From Bacilli bacterium (GTDB lineage Bacteria; Bacillota_I; Bacilli_A; RF39; UBA660), in NCBI GenBank assembly GCA_045125935.1, contig JBGVNW010000056.1, positions 64,715 to 128,714 on the forward strand: a stretch of 64,000 nucleotides of DNA. Direction: 5' to 3'. Of the stretch, positions 20,334-30,046 are shown one piece after another. A program made the position numbers and the translations under genes. The notes under the pieces are model-generated. The model did no database searches. It worked only from the letters and a program-made list of their open reading frames with translations, and was not told the origin of the DNA. Position 1 is the first letter of the stretch; each line of letters begins with the position of its first letter.

Positions 20334-22134
20334 TTTCTACCTCTTTTCTATTTAAATATTCTTCTATATTATCACTAGATATTAATTCATAATTATTCGC
20401 TATTTCTTCAATTTCTGTAAAATTTAAATCTTCTACGTTTCTATTAAATAAAATAGTTGCAATTGCATTTTCAGATGTGCCGTGTAAATATGGCTTAGCT
20501 TTTCTATCAGCTGTCTTTTTAATATTCTGATGTTTCAAAATATTATATTTTAAATCTATAATTGGTCGTTCTCCTCTTATAAAAAGAATAGCATACTTAT
20601 TATCAAGCATTCTTACCTCATCTGGTGTCATTAATTCTCTTCCACTAATTTGGTAGTTGGTTGAATAATTTCCATTTCTTCCGCTACTTTTACCATGCGT
20701 ATCAATATTTATTGTTTCCTTACCTAAAAGTTCGCTTATATATTTATGTGTTGATTGTTCCATTCCTCCTAAATACAAAAATTCATCACAATTACCAATA
20801 ATGCTTTCCCATTGTTTTTCAAAAAGTGATTTTAGTTGTGCTAAGTTTTGTAGAATTATACTTACTGATATAGCACGAGATCGCATTACACTTAATATTT
20901 GTGCAAAATCATCAGGTAAAGCAACATTTGCAAACTCATCCATTATAAAATGTACAGGAATTGGTAGACTTCCAAAATATTTATGATCTGCTAAAAAAAA
21001 CAACTGTTGAAACAGTTGCGTATAAAGTATACTTACTAAGAAATTGAAACTTGTATCATTATCGGGAATTATTGCAAATAAAGCAACCTTTTTTTCACCA
21101 ATAGATGGCAAATCCAATTCATCTGTTACAGTTAATAATTCTAGACTTTTTAAATTAAACTTTTCCAATCTAGAAGCAAGCGTTATTTGAATTGACTTTA
21201 GTGTCTTTGGTGAACCAGTATGATAGTCTCTATAATACTTTACAGCAATATGATTAGGTTCCTTACTTTCCAATCTGTTAAATAAAATATCTAATGGACT
21301 AATATAGTTTTCATCATCTTCTTTTACTTCTCCTGCTCTCAACAATTCCATAACCATTGAAAAATTCTGCTCATCTTCAGGTGCCTCATATTTTAAATAA
21401 AAAATTAATGATAATAACAACATGCTTGCTGACGTATCCCAAAACGGATCACTGCTTGATGAACCTTTAGGTGTAGTTGCCTTAAAAATATTTGTCACCA
21501 ATCTTTGAACATCATTATCATTTTTTAAATAAACAAATGGATTATAGCAATGGCTTTTTTCCATATTAATTAAATCTAATACTTTTACTTCATATCCTTC
21601 TTGTTCTAATAAATATCCTAATGATCTTATTATTTCTCCTTTTGGATCTAAAATTACAAATGACGTGTTAGCTTGCATAATATTTGGCTTGCAATAAAAT
21701 CTTGTTTTTCCTGCACCACTTCCTCCGCATACCAACACATTTAAATTTCTCATATGTTGTTTTGCATCCAATCCAATTGCAACATTTTTAGTAAGTAATT
21801 TGTTACTCACTTTAGGTTCTTGATAATATTTTTTATTTATTTCTTTTTTGTTTCCCCATTTTGCCGAGCCATATTCTTCACGTTTACGATAGTTTTTTCC
21901 CGATGATGTGTATATGCTAATATAAATTGTATAAGTAAAAATAGCTACTAATATATTTTTCAAGGTTTGTTTTTCAAATGTTATATTAAAAGGATTATTT
22001 AATATGTTAGAAAAATCCCTTATTATTTGTGGTAATCCTCCACTTAAGGAAGGAGTTATTAGTATTACACACCAGATGACAAAAATTAAACCTATTATAT
22101 AAATAATAATTAAATTTTTTTTATTGTCTAACAT
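20323..22134 (-). CDS. type IV coupling protein (VirD4/TraG family)
   Basis: Walker A CGGSGAGKT, Walker B-like HFIMDEFAN, and N-terminal TM helices. The track ORF extends to 22176; ATG 22134 (MLDNKKN) is the more likely start. Confidence 0.85.
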   Translation of the reverse strand: MLDNKKNLIIIYIIGLIFVIWCVILITPSLSGGLPQIIRDFSNILNNPFNITFEKQTLKNILVAIFTYTIYISIYTSSGKNYRKREEYGSAKWGNKKEINKKYYQEPKVSNKLLTKNVAIGLDAKQHMRNLNVLVCGGSGAGKTRFYCKPNIMQANTSFVILDPKGEIIRSLGYLLEQEGYEVKVLDLINMEKSHCYNPFVYLKNDNDVQRLVTNIFKATTPKGSSSSDPFWDTSASMLLLSLIFYLKYEAPEDEQNFSMVMELLRAGEVKEDDENYISPLDILFNRLESKEPNHIAVKYYRDYHTGSPKTLKSIQITLASRLEKFNLKSLELLTVTDELDLPSIGEKKVALFAIIPDNDTSFNFLVSILYTQLFQQLFFLADHKYFGSLPIPVHFIMDEFANVALPDDFAQILSVMRSRAISVSIILQNLAQLKSLFEKQWESIIGNCDEFLYLGGMEQSTHKYISELLGKETINIDTHGKSSGRNGNYSTNYQISGRELMTPDEVRMLDNKYAILFIRGERPIIDLKYNILKHQNIKKTADRKAKPYLHGTSENAIATILFNRNVEDLNFTEIEEIANNYELISSDNIEEYLNRKEVENEK

Positions 22135-22297
22135 ATTTATTTTTTGATATGCAATGCTTTTCATATATTTTTGCAAATTTCAAATATAGGTCATCGATTG
22201 CATCTGTATTTATAGCTTCTTTAATCTTATTGTTTCTAAGCTCATGTAATGTATTTATAATAATTCCAATTTCATATTTATCTAATTCTACTTTCAT
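22121..22297 (-). CDS. 58-aa hypothetical protein coupled between pcfB-like and T4CP genes
   Basis: Own translation MKVELDKYEIGIIINTLHELRNNKIKEAINTDAIDDLYLKFAKIYEKHCISKNKYVRQ. It has an ATGA start/stop overlap with the upstream gene, and its stop at 22121-22123 overlaps the T4CP start. Confidence 0.4.
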   Translation of the reverse strand: MKVELDKYEIGIIINTLHELRNNKIKEAINTDAIDDLYLKFAKIYEKHCISKNKYVRQ

Positions 22298-22974
22298 CTT
22301 ACTTTTCTCCTGCTTTTATTAGTTGTTTTATTTTTTATTACCTTTTTATTATTATCTAATTTGATTTCTTGCTCTGCTTTTATTTTTTTTATTTCTTTTC
22401 TTACAGAGGACTTGTTAAAATTAGAACCCTGTTCTAAATATTTTTTGTTCGTCGATGAATGCTCGGACAGAGGGCTTTTTTCCATCTTCGCAATTTGCGG
22501 GTTTGATAGTTTCTCATTATTCTGATTTAATGTTGTATTTTTTTCATTTCGATTATTATTAATTCTTGTAACTTCACTTTTGACCGTTGCCATATTAATT
22601 GTGGCTAATTTAAATCTATTTACTATTCTATTTATTTTTCCAGCATCTTCAGCTCTTACAATAATGTCTATCATTCCATCTGTATTAATATTCTTTTTAT
22701 CAACTATTGCACTAAATAAAACCCCATATCGTTTTGATTCCTCAGTAAACTTTTTAATATCTTCTTGTCTTATCGAAAATACTTTTAATTCTTTTCCTGA
22801 TTTTAACATATTCGAAAGTTTTGTTTTTCCTTTGATTTTTTGTTGATCTTTTGCTATAGCGTATAACATTACAGCAACATTTTTTGCACCACTTCCAGTA
22901 ATTTTTGCAGCCACTTCTATTCCTTGTAATGATATTCTAACTAATTGTTCTGCCGCATCACTTGATATGTTCAT
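22294..22974 (-). CDS. PcfB-family conjugation protein
   Basis: 226 aa. The N-terminus AEQLVRISLQGIEVAAKITGSGAKNVAVMLYAI is typical of PcfB. It lies immediately downstream of the relaxase. Confidence 0.55.
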   Translation of the reverse strand: MNISSDAAEQLVRISLQGIEVAAKITGSGAKNVAVMLYAIAKDQQKIKGKTKLSNMLKSGKELKVFSIRQEDIKKFTEESKRYGVLFSAIVDKKNINTDGMIDIIVRAEDAGKINRIVNRFKLATINMATVKSEVTRINNNRNEKNTTLNQNNEKLSNPQIAKMEKSPLSEHSSTNKKYLEQGSNFNKSSVRKEIKKIKAEQEIKLDNNKKVIKNKTTNKSRRKVR

Positions 22975-24319
22975 TTAATTTGATTACCTCCTCTTTATTT
23001 TCAAATATTTTTTCATCAACTTCTTTTAGTTGATTTTCTATTATAGGAATTCTTTGTTTTATTCCTTCACATAATTTTTTTATTTCTTTGTGTTTCTCTA
23101 TTGTGTATGATATGTTATTAATTTCATTTTGCAATTTCATTTTTTCATCTATCTCAGTTGCTGTTTTTATTTTTTCTAAAAGCTTATACCTTTTATCTTG
23201 TAAATCATTTATTCTTTTTAGATTATTATCTTTATAAAATAAGAACTGTTCATAAGTGTCAATTTTATTACTTACAAGTAGTCTTGTTTCTTTTGATATA
23301 ATTTCCATTTTATTTACTTCTAATCTTATAGAAGCAGGTAATGGTTTATTTGGCGTATATTTAGGAAAAACTTTTAGCAAGTAGCAATAATAAAAATATA
23401 ATCCTTTAATTCCGTTTGTTCTGTTTTTTACTATTGGTGGACATTTAGGTTTGAATTTAGATTTTTGAATTTCTATGTGTTTTTCTTTTCTTTTGTTCTG
23501 ATTCTTTTCTATTTTGTCACATATATTCTCTACACTATATTCTTCTCCAAAACTGCGTATAATTCTTATATTTCTTTTATATGGAGCTTTCCTTATACTT
23601 AACTTTCCTGCTCTATAAGTCAATTCATATTCCATTAATTTCAATAGTCTTTCGAAATCATTATATGATAATGCGTTTGAAATTGCATAATCAATATCTT
23701 TCTTTGCTAATGTATGGTAATTAGAATGTTCTATTGACTTTTGATAATAATTACCATAGTTTATTTTACTTTTTTTACATGTTTTTTCTTCTAATACATT
23801 TAGTCCATATTCTTCACATAGACAGTCTGATATATGCCTTAGCTCTGCATATGTTTCTCTTTTATCATAATATTTCTTTCCATCGTTAAATGATACTGAA
23901 TTAATTACAAAATGATTATGATAGTTATTTGTATTTAAATGAGTTGATACTACAACTTCAAATCTATCTCCCCACATTTCTTTAGCAAGTCTAATGCCTA
24001 TTTCATGTGCTACTTTCGGTGTTACTTCTCCCTCTTTGAAAGATTGAAATGCGTGAAATCCTAAGATTCCATCACATTTATTAAATCTTGTTTTTGTTAT
24101 TAACATTTCTTGATAAGCTATTTGTGGTGTACAATTTATTCCCGTGACATAAAATTGTTGTTCTGTTTTAAAATCAGATTTAGTGTAATTAATTACATTA
24201 TGAAGTGAAGCATATTCTTCTATGTTATATTTTTCTTTATCCGTTTTATTTGTGTCTGTTGTGTATTTTAAGGTAGTGTCTAATCTTTTTGTTATCTTCC
24301 ATATTCCAACTACTGCCAT
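22958..24319 (-). CDS. relaxase/mobilisation nuclease (MobA/VirD2-type)
   Basis: 453 aa. HAFQSF and VSTHLNTNNYHNHFVINSV form a histidine-triad-type motif. The C-terminus is a coiled coil. Confidence 0.8.
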   Translation of the reverse strand: MAVVGIWKITKRLDTTLKYTTDTNKTDKEKYNIEEYASLHNVINYTKSDFKTEQQFYVTGINCTPQIAYQEMLITKTRFNKCDGILGFHAFQSFKEGEVTPKVAHEIGIRLAKEMWGDRFEVVVSTHLNTNNYHNHFVINSVSFNDGKKYYDKRETYAELRHISDCLCEEYGLNVLEEKTCKKSKINYGNYYQKSIEHSNYHTLAKKDIDYAISNALSYNDFERLLKLMEYELTYRAGKLSIRKAPYKRNIRIIRSFGEEYSVENICDKIEKNQNKRKEKHIEIQKSKFKPKCPPIVKNRTNGIKGLYFYYCYLLKVFPKYTPNKPLPASIRLEVNKMEIISKETRLLVSNKIDTYEQFLFYKDNNLKRINDLQDKRYKLLEKIKTATEIDEKMKLQNEINNISYTIEKHKEIKKLCEGIKQRIPIIENQLKEVDEKIFENKEEVIKLNEHIK

Positions 24320-24340
24320 TTTATATCCTGTTGTTTACTA

Positions 24341-24670
24341 TTATTTTTTAGATAGTAAATAATGTTGTTTTATTTCTAATATTAAATCATTCCATTTTTG
24401 GGCTTCTATTTCATAATAATCTAGATTAATTTTATCTGTATTATTCGCTATTTCAACAATTCTATTTAAGTTACTACTTATTGAAGACATTTTTTCTAAT
24501 ACTTTATAAAATTCTTTTGGTGGTGACTCCTTGGGTTCATATCCCAGTATTAAACATCTTATATATGGTGCTTCTTTCATACCTACTTTTGCGCATTTCC
24601 TTCGTAACTCTTCATTCTCTAAATAGTCTAACCATATTTGTTTTTTTATTTTTCTTCGTCTGTTTCCCAT
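24341..24670 (-). CDS. MobC-like relaxosome accessory protein
   Basis: 109 aa, directly upstream of the relaxase. SNLNRIVEIAN resembles the MobC GxNLNQIAR motif. Confidence 0.6.
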   Translation of the reverse strand: MGNRRRKIKKQIWLDYLENEELRRKCAKVGMKEAPYIRCLILGYEPKESPPKEFYKVLEKMSSISSNLNRIVEIANNTDKINLDYYEIEAQKWNDLILEIKQHYLLSKK

Positions 24671-24799
24671 TTAGTTTTCCTTCCTTTTAATATTTTTTTC
24701 TATTTCATTAATTCTATTTATTTGTAACATACTCATAATCGATAATCCTGATAGACCTCCAATTACAAGTCCAAACATAAAAAATAATAGTTCTTTCAT
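24671..24799 (-). CDS. 42-aa single-TM protein
   Basis: Own translation MKELLFFMFGLVIGGLSGLSIMSMLQINRINEIEKNIKRKEN, with strong RBS AAAGGAGGAAA. Its stop abuts the mobC ATG. Confidence 0.45.
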   Translation of the reverse strand: MKELLFFMFGLVIGGLSGLSIMSMLQINRINEIEKNIKRKEN

Positions 24800-24822
24800 A
24801 TTGTGATTTCCTCCTTTCTTTA

Positions 24823-24857
24823 ACTAAAAAGACCAATACTCTTATGTATTAGTCTTT
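24823..24857 (-). terminator. intrinsic terminator after the HEPN-like gene
   Basis: Stem aaagaccaatac/gtattagtcttt (1 mismatch) with a 6-nt loop, followed by a T-run on the minus strand. Confidence 0.6.
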
Positions 24858-24879
24858 AATCTTTTATTAATTTTAATAG

Positions 24880-25467
24880 TTATAATTGATTTAATAAGCT
24901 TTTCCAATCTTTTTCCATCTCTTCTACCCAATCAAGTATCATTAACGGTTGTATCATTGAATATACGCTTTTTATATAATGATATGTTTCTTCAATCATT
25001 TCCTCGACCTCATCAGTTTCTATGATAAAATCTTCCATTACTTTACTTGGTTTAGAAAAATATTCTTTATCTGAATGGGCAAAATACTTATCACGTAATC
25101 CTCTTATATTATTTACTGTGTTTATTTTTGTTTCCAGGTACTTTTTTAACTTATTCAATTTTTTTACTAGTTCTTCTATGTTTTCAAAATGTTTTTGATT
25201 GTTCTTGCACATTTCAATCATTGAAAATATATTCTTTTTTTCTTTTTCTGTAAACAATTTGTAGGCTTGCATAATAAACGAGTAAATTAATGCATTAATA
25301 GTAGTCACAAAAACATATGGATATTTATTTACTTTATTTAATGATCCATTAATGTCATTTTTCATCATTTTATACAACTTAAATGTATTTCTTAATTCTA
25401 TTACTTGCTTTAAATATTGTAATAATTCTTGTTCTAATTTCGATTTATCGATCACATTTATCACCAA
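24880..25467 (-). CDS. stand-alone HEPN-like (Rx4-6H) protein, Abi-type candidate
   Basis: 195 aa and all-helical by composition. LRDKYFAHSD gives R-x5-H. The gene has its own promoter (TTATAAT about 10 nt upstream) and its own terminator. The start codon is uncertain (TTG 25467 or GTG 25455). Confidence 0.45.
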   Translation of the reverse strand: MVINVIDKSKLEQELLQYLKQVIELRNTFKLYKMMKNDINGSLNKVNKYPYVFVTTINALIYSFIMQAYKLFTEKEKKNIFSMIEMCKNNQKHFENIEELVKKLNKLKKYLETKINTVNNIRGLRDKYFAHSDKEYFSKPSKVMEDFIIETDEVEEMIEETYHYIKSVYSMIQPLMILDWVEEMEKDWKSLLNQL

Positions 25468-25588
25468 GAAATATTATAACATACTACTTACTGCTGCTTA
25501 TTAATTTTTAGGGGATTGGGGATTTCCCCATATTGAATTTTGTGGGAGTAAAAATTCAGTGCTTGCTATAACAAGCAGTGTTATTTTA

Positions 25589-26554
25589 CTATCTATCAAA
25601 TTTGTTCTTTTCTGATAATAATTTATTTCTTTTAATTAATACTTCTCGTAAAAAATCATTAAAATCTTTTCCTATTGGTGGATGAATTATTTTTACGTCA
25701 TAATCCTTATTTAAGACACTTTGTAATGCTATAGATGCATTTTTACCGGCCATATCCGTATCAAAATGTATTATTATTTCTTTTATATTTTTATTTCTTT
25801 TTAAATAATTTTCAACTGCTATTGGAATTTTACTATTAAATAAATCTTTTGATGGTTGATATATTCCAGCTAAGGATATTAAATTTTCATTATACCATTC
25901 TTTTTTTGATAACTTCATTAATGTAGCATAGCTTAATAAATCTATGGCACTTTCAAAGAGGTGTATTTTGTTATTCGTATTATGAGATTTTAGTCTAAAT
26001 GAATATGCTTTATCACTTCCGTATGCATCTTGCATAAATCTTTTTTCTCCAGTTGACCTTATCCCTGCATATTTAGGTATTTTATTATCATCCAATCCAA
26101 CAAATACTACGTTATGATTTTCTTTTTGTTCATATATTAATTCGCTATCAATACAGTGGTATATAATTTCTTCATCTATTCCTCTTTTAATTAAATAATT
26201 TATCACTCTATCATTGTTATAATTTTTTTTAGGTAAAACCAATTTATTAGGCTTTTCTTTTTTTATTACTTTCTGAGATATTATACTATTAGTTTTTTTA
26301 CTCTTAACTTTGCCAATCGCTTCCATAAATGAATATCCTTTTACTTTAATTAAGTAATCTACTGCACTTTTTCCGCCTATTCCTTTAGAAAACCAATACC
26401 ACATACCATTGCTTATTCTCAGGCTATCATGAGTTTTAGTACAGTAAGTATTTTTACTCACCTGGACTAATTCGTCTGGTTCATATATTTTTAAATAATT
26501 GTATAAATCAATTTTTTTTGCTGTTTCTATTTCTTCTTTTGAATAATAAGTCAT
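25589..26554 (-). CDS. DUF3991/Toprim-domain primase-like protein
   Basis: 321 aa. The N-terminus LRISNGMWYWFSKGIGGKSAVDYL is DUF3991-like. The C-terminal Toprim has HLFESAIDLLS and IIHFDTDMAGKNA. Confidence 0.7.
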   Translation of the reverse strand: MTYYSKEEIETAKKIDLYNYLKIYEPDELVQVSKNTYCTKTHDSLRISNGMWYWFSKGIGGKSAVDYLIKVKGYSFMEAIGKVKSKKTNSIISQKVIKKEKPNKLVLPKKNYNNDRVINYLIKRGIDEEIIYHCIDSELIYEQKENHNVVFVGLDDNKIPKYAGIRSTGEKRFMQDAYGSDKAYSFRLKSHNTNNKIHLFESAIDLLSYATLMKLSKKEWYNENLISLAGIYQPSKDLFNSKIPIAVENYLKRNKNIKEIIIHFDTDMAGKNASIALQSVLNKDYDVKIIHPPIGKDFNDFLREVLIKRNKLLSEKNKFDR

Positions 26555-26641
26555 TTACATTTCCTCCTTTATAATTGCAAAAGAGAGATTTATTTTAATC
26601 CCTCTTTTGTCTATGAAACATTGACTTATTTAGATAAGTTA

Positions 26642-27001
26642 CTATCTTTCTTGTTCTTGGTCAGATTTATTTTTTTCATTTGATCTAGAACTTAAAAATG
26701 TAACTTTTTCTGTTACAACATTAATCATATTAAATTTTTCTCCGCTTTTTGTTTCTTTTAGTTTTGATTGCATTCTTCCCTTTATTCCAATTATGTCCCC
26801 TTTCTTACAATAACTAGCAGTATTTTCCGCAATACTTTCAAATGCAATACAATCAAAAAAATCAGTTTCATATACTCCTTCTGAATTTTTAAAACTTCTT
26901 GGTACTGCAATTTTTAGATTTGCGTATTTCTTTCCATTCTCATTTTTAATTATTTCTATGTCTTGCGTAAGTCTTCCAACTAAAACTATTTGATTTAACA
27001 T
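26642..27001 (-). CDS. ssb: single-stranded DNA-binding protein
   Basis: 119 aa. MLNQIVLVGRLTQDIE... is an OB fold with a short acidic tail. Confidence 0.8.
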   Translation of the reverse strand: MLNQIVLVGRLTQDIEIIKNENGKKYANLKIAVPRSFKNSEGVYETDFFDCIAFESIAENTASYCKKGDIIGIKGRMQSKLKETKSGEKFNMINVVTEKVTFLSSRSNEKNKSDQEQER

Positions 27002-27019
27002 TTTATCACTTTCCTTTCA

Positions 27020-27655
27020 TTAATTTTGTTCGCAAATAAATACTAGTTGTTTAGTTTTATCATTCATATCACAAGTTATTAATATTAATCTTGATTTACT
27101 ATTAGAAATATTTAATGATATTTTTCCTGTTTTATTTATAGAATACATATTTGTAACTTTATATGAATATTTATAATTGTTGTAGTAAATATTAACTACA
27201 TCTTCTTTTTCTAATTCTATTAGATTATTGAAAAAAGCTGTTCTTCCAGTTCCCGAATGACCAGCTAAAATCATATTTCCCTTTGCAACATCTGGCATAT
27301 CTGATTCTTTTAATAACTCAATATTTTTATCTACATTATTTAATTTAGAATTCTTTGAATAGAGACCTTCTTTTAAATTTATTTTAGGGATTTCAATAAC
27401 TGCTATATAATTCTCGTTGCTTTCTGTTGTTTTTTGTTCTTTATCACTAACAATATTATCTTCATTGCTAATTACTGGTAAGGATTTTATTTTCACATTA
27501 ATAAATTCTTCAATCTTTTTTTCATTTTTTGCTGCAACAATATTAATAGATAGTAAATTAAATATATAAATAAATATTCCAATTGTTATCAATAGAAAAC
27601 CAGTTATGATTATAATTCTATTTTTTATTATTGTCTTTTTTTCTTTTAATTCCAT
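27020..27655 (-). CDS. sortase-family transpeptidase
   Basis: N-terminal TM, ILAGHSGTG (His) and LILITCD (TLxTC-type Cys). The track ORF starts at 27673; ATG 27655 is the more likely start. Confidence 0.75.
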   Translation of the reverse strand: MELKEKKTIIKNRIIIITGFLLITIGIFIYIFNLLSINIVAAKNEKKIEEFINVKIKSLPVISNEDNIVSDKEQKTTESNENYIAVIEIPKINLKEGLYSKNSKLNNVDKNIELLKESDMPDVAKGNMILAGHSGTGRTAFFNNLIELEKEDVVNIYYNNYKYSYKVTNMYSINKTGKISLNISNSKSRLILITCDMNDKTKQLVFICEQN

Positions 27656-29135
27656 ATATAATTGTGCCACCACCTACTAAAATGAAAATTGAGCAAATTA
27701 TTTCTACAGTATGCATATCATAAGTTAATGTGTCAGGCACTTCTACTTCTTTTTTCTTATCTTTCATATTAGCTTTTATTACTTTGCCATCTTCTGTTAC
27801 AGAAAAATACATTTTTTCGGGTTTTATCTCATAATTTTCTGGTGCCTCACGTTCTAATATATAATAGTCTCCATACTCTATATTTTTTATGATAATTTGT
27901 CCATTATTATCTGTTTTACCTGCAAATATAATTTCATTATTTTCGACATTATATATTTCAATTAATGTATTTGGTAATCCAACATCTGTAGAAAAGTCTG
28001 TCTTAGTGAACACTAATTCTGATTTAATTATTTCATTTTGTAACTGAATTGATTCTTTAACTTTCTTTCCATCTATTGTAAATTTATAATCATCGTGTAA
28101 TTTATATCCTTCTTTACTTTTAATTTGGTGCAAACGGTAATTTCCAAACCCTAAATAAATTGAAGCTTCTCCATTTTCATCAGTTATTAATGTTGTTATT
28201 AATTCATTTGTAGTATCATTATATAATTCAAATTCTGCATTTTCCTCTGATTTATAAATACCATCATTTGATGAACCATATTCTTTTTTTAATTTAAATT
28301 CTGTTGAAATATTTACATTTAATTTTCCACTAATAAATGTTGGATCTCCTCTACTCATACATTTTTGATTAGAGCCATCATAAATTAATGGTTGATTGTT
28401 GTTATTCTTTGCGATCAAATCTATTGTGCCTTCGTAACCTTTTTTAGCTTTAATTATCAGTGTGTTTTCTTCTACTATTAAATCTATTGAATCATTAGAT
28501 CTTACCTCAAAGTATTTTGACAAAACTTTATTAGTATCTTCCAGTTTTACTGTTTCGCCGTTTTTTATAGAAACTTTCTGATTATTAAAACTTACTGTTT
28601 TCCCATGATTAGCAACTAAATTTTTTATTTCATTTATTTTACTATCATATCTATCAATTCTAGTTAACGTACTGTCGCCTTGTTCTACTGGATAAGGGGT
28701 ACTAACTTTATCTGTTATTTCCCAAATTAGCAGTTGCGTTGCTGCATACCAATCTAAATCTGTATGCTCTCCATAACCATATCCATAATATGCTATTAAT
28801 TCTATCTTTTCTATTTCCTCTAAAGTTAAGTTTGTCATATTTAATTTGTCGTCTATTGAATCGTATCCTACAACAGGAGAACCATCTTTAAAATGAACGT
28901 GTGCTTGTATGCAATAAACCACACTATTATCACTACTTCTCCTAATTACATTTTCTCCTGTACTTAACCAAGCAGTTAAGTCCGAATATTTTGTTGTTGC
29001 TACATAGTAAGTATAGCTATAATCAACATAAAGTGTATCACTTATTGTTTTTGCATTAGTTATTATAGGCATTGATGTAACTGTTACTACAGCTACTAAT
29101 AAACTTTTAAACAATTTTTTTATTTTATTTTTCAT
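27618..29135 (-). CDS. surface adhesin with Cna-B/SpaA-type repeats and C-terminal anchor
   Basis: 505 aa with a signal peptide. Two blocks are of the type TDENGEASIYLGFGNYRLHQIKSKEGY and TDNNGQIIIKNIEYGDYYILEREAPENY. The C-terminus has VPDTLTY, a hydrophobic helix and KRKKDNNKK. Confidence 0.75.
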   Translation of the reverse strand: MKNKIKKLFKSLLVAVVTVTSMPIITNAKTISDTLYVDYSYTYYVATTKYSDLTAWLSTGENVIRRSSDNSVVYCIQAHVHFKDGSPVVGYDSIDDKLNMTNLTLEEIEKIELIAYYGYGYGEHTDLDWYAATQLLIWEITDKVSTPYPVEQGDSTLTRIDRYDSKINEIKNLVANHGKTVSFNNQKVSIKNGETVKLEDTNKVLSKYFEVRSNDSIDLIVEENTLIIKAKKGYEGTIDLIAKNNNNQPLIYDGSNQKCMSRGDPTFISGKLNVNISTEFKLKKEYGSSNDGIYKSEENAEFELYNDTTNELITTLITDENGEASIYLGFGNYRLHQIKSKEGYKLHDDYKFTIDGKKVKESIQLQNEIIKSELVFTKTDFSTDVGLPNTLIEIYNVENNEIIFAGKTDNNGQIIIKNIEYGDYYILEREAPENYEIKPEKMYFSVTEDGKVIKANMKDKKKEVEVPDTLTYDMHTVEIICSIFILVGGGTIIYGIKRKKDNNKK

Positions 29136-29176
29136 GCTATCAGTCCTTTCTAAATAATTAATAAAAAAACATCAAA

Positions 29177-29893
29177 TTATTGATGTTCTGTTTGAATATT
29201 CAAATTGTTAAACTGACTTAGATAATATTTTGTGCCATCAACATATACTTTTACCCAACAGCCTACTGTGTTGAGGTATTTTCCACTAGTATACCCATAA
29301 TTAGTCACAAAACCATAAGTCTTATTTATTCTTTCTGCTTCACTCTTGCATTGTTCAATATCCTTAAAGCTTATTTCTTCACCATCGTAAAGAATTGCAT
29401 TCTCATATTCATATTGACTAATACCTAATATTTCCCATGCTGTTTTTTGTAGTTCTACTCTTGTTGTTGAATTTTCCAATTCATTATTTTCATAATTATC
29501 TTTCATGTTATTATTTTCGGCACTAACTATTACATTGTAATTCTCAGATTCATTATTATTAACTTTAGTCTCATCATCTAACTTTTCCTTAAGATTTTTT
29601 GAATCAGAAAAATTATGATTTAAACTTATGCTATCTTCACTTTCCACAGTTTCTTTAATTATTGATGAGCTGATTTCTGGTTTTTCCACAACTTCTGTAG
29701 ATAACTCTTCACTTTCTGAAGAAGTAATTTCAATAATTATTTCTTCTTTAAAATTTTCACTTTTACTTATTGATTTAGTATTCTGTTTAATTTCATCTTT
29801 TGTACAATTGCTTTCCTGAATTAAATTTTTGTTATTGATTAAAAACAAAAGTACAATTAATAGTATACTTGTAATAAAAATTATTTTTTTCAT
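29177..29893 (-). CDS. secreted/anchored protein with acidic low-complexity region, unknown function
   Basis: RBS AGGAAG precedes MKKIIFITSILLIVLLFL. An E/S-rich linker follows, then a C-terminal globular domain of about 100 aa. Confidence 0.45.
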   Translation of the reverse strand: MKKIIFITSILLIVLLFLINNKNLIQESNCTKDEIKQNTKSISKSENFKEEIIIEITSSESEELSTEVVEKPEISSSIIKETVESEDSISLNHNFSDSKNLKEKLDDETKVNNNESENYNVIVSAENNNMKDNYENNELENSTTRVELQKTAWEILGISQYEYENAILYDGEEISFKDIEQCKSEAERINKTYGFVTNYGYTSGKYLNTVGCWVKVYVDGTKYYLSQFNNLNIQTEHQ

Positions 29894-30046
29894 AATATCA
29901 ACTTCCTTTCTCGGAAGCAGATTAACATAATTTTTATATTTTTTCACTTATATAAATTTATATTTCTTTTTTTAGTTAGTAATATATAGTTAGTATATAA
30001 ATAAGGGAGGATTGTAAGGAGGGATTTTATGGAAAAGATACTCCCA

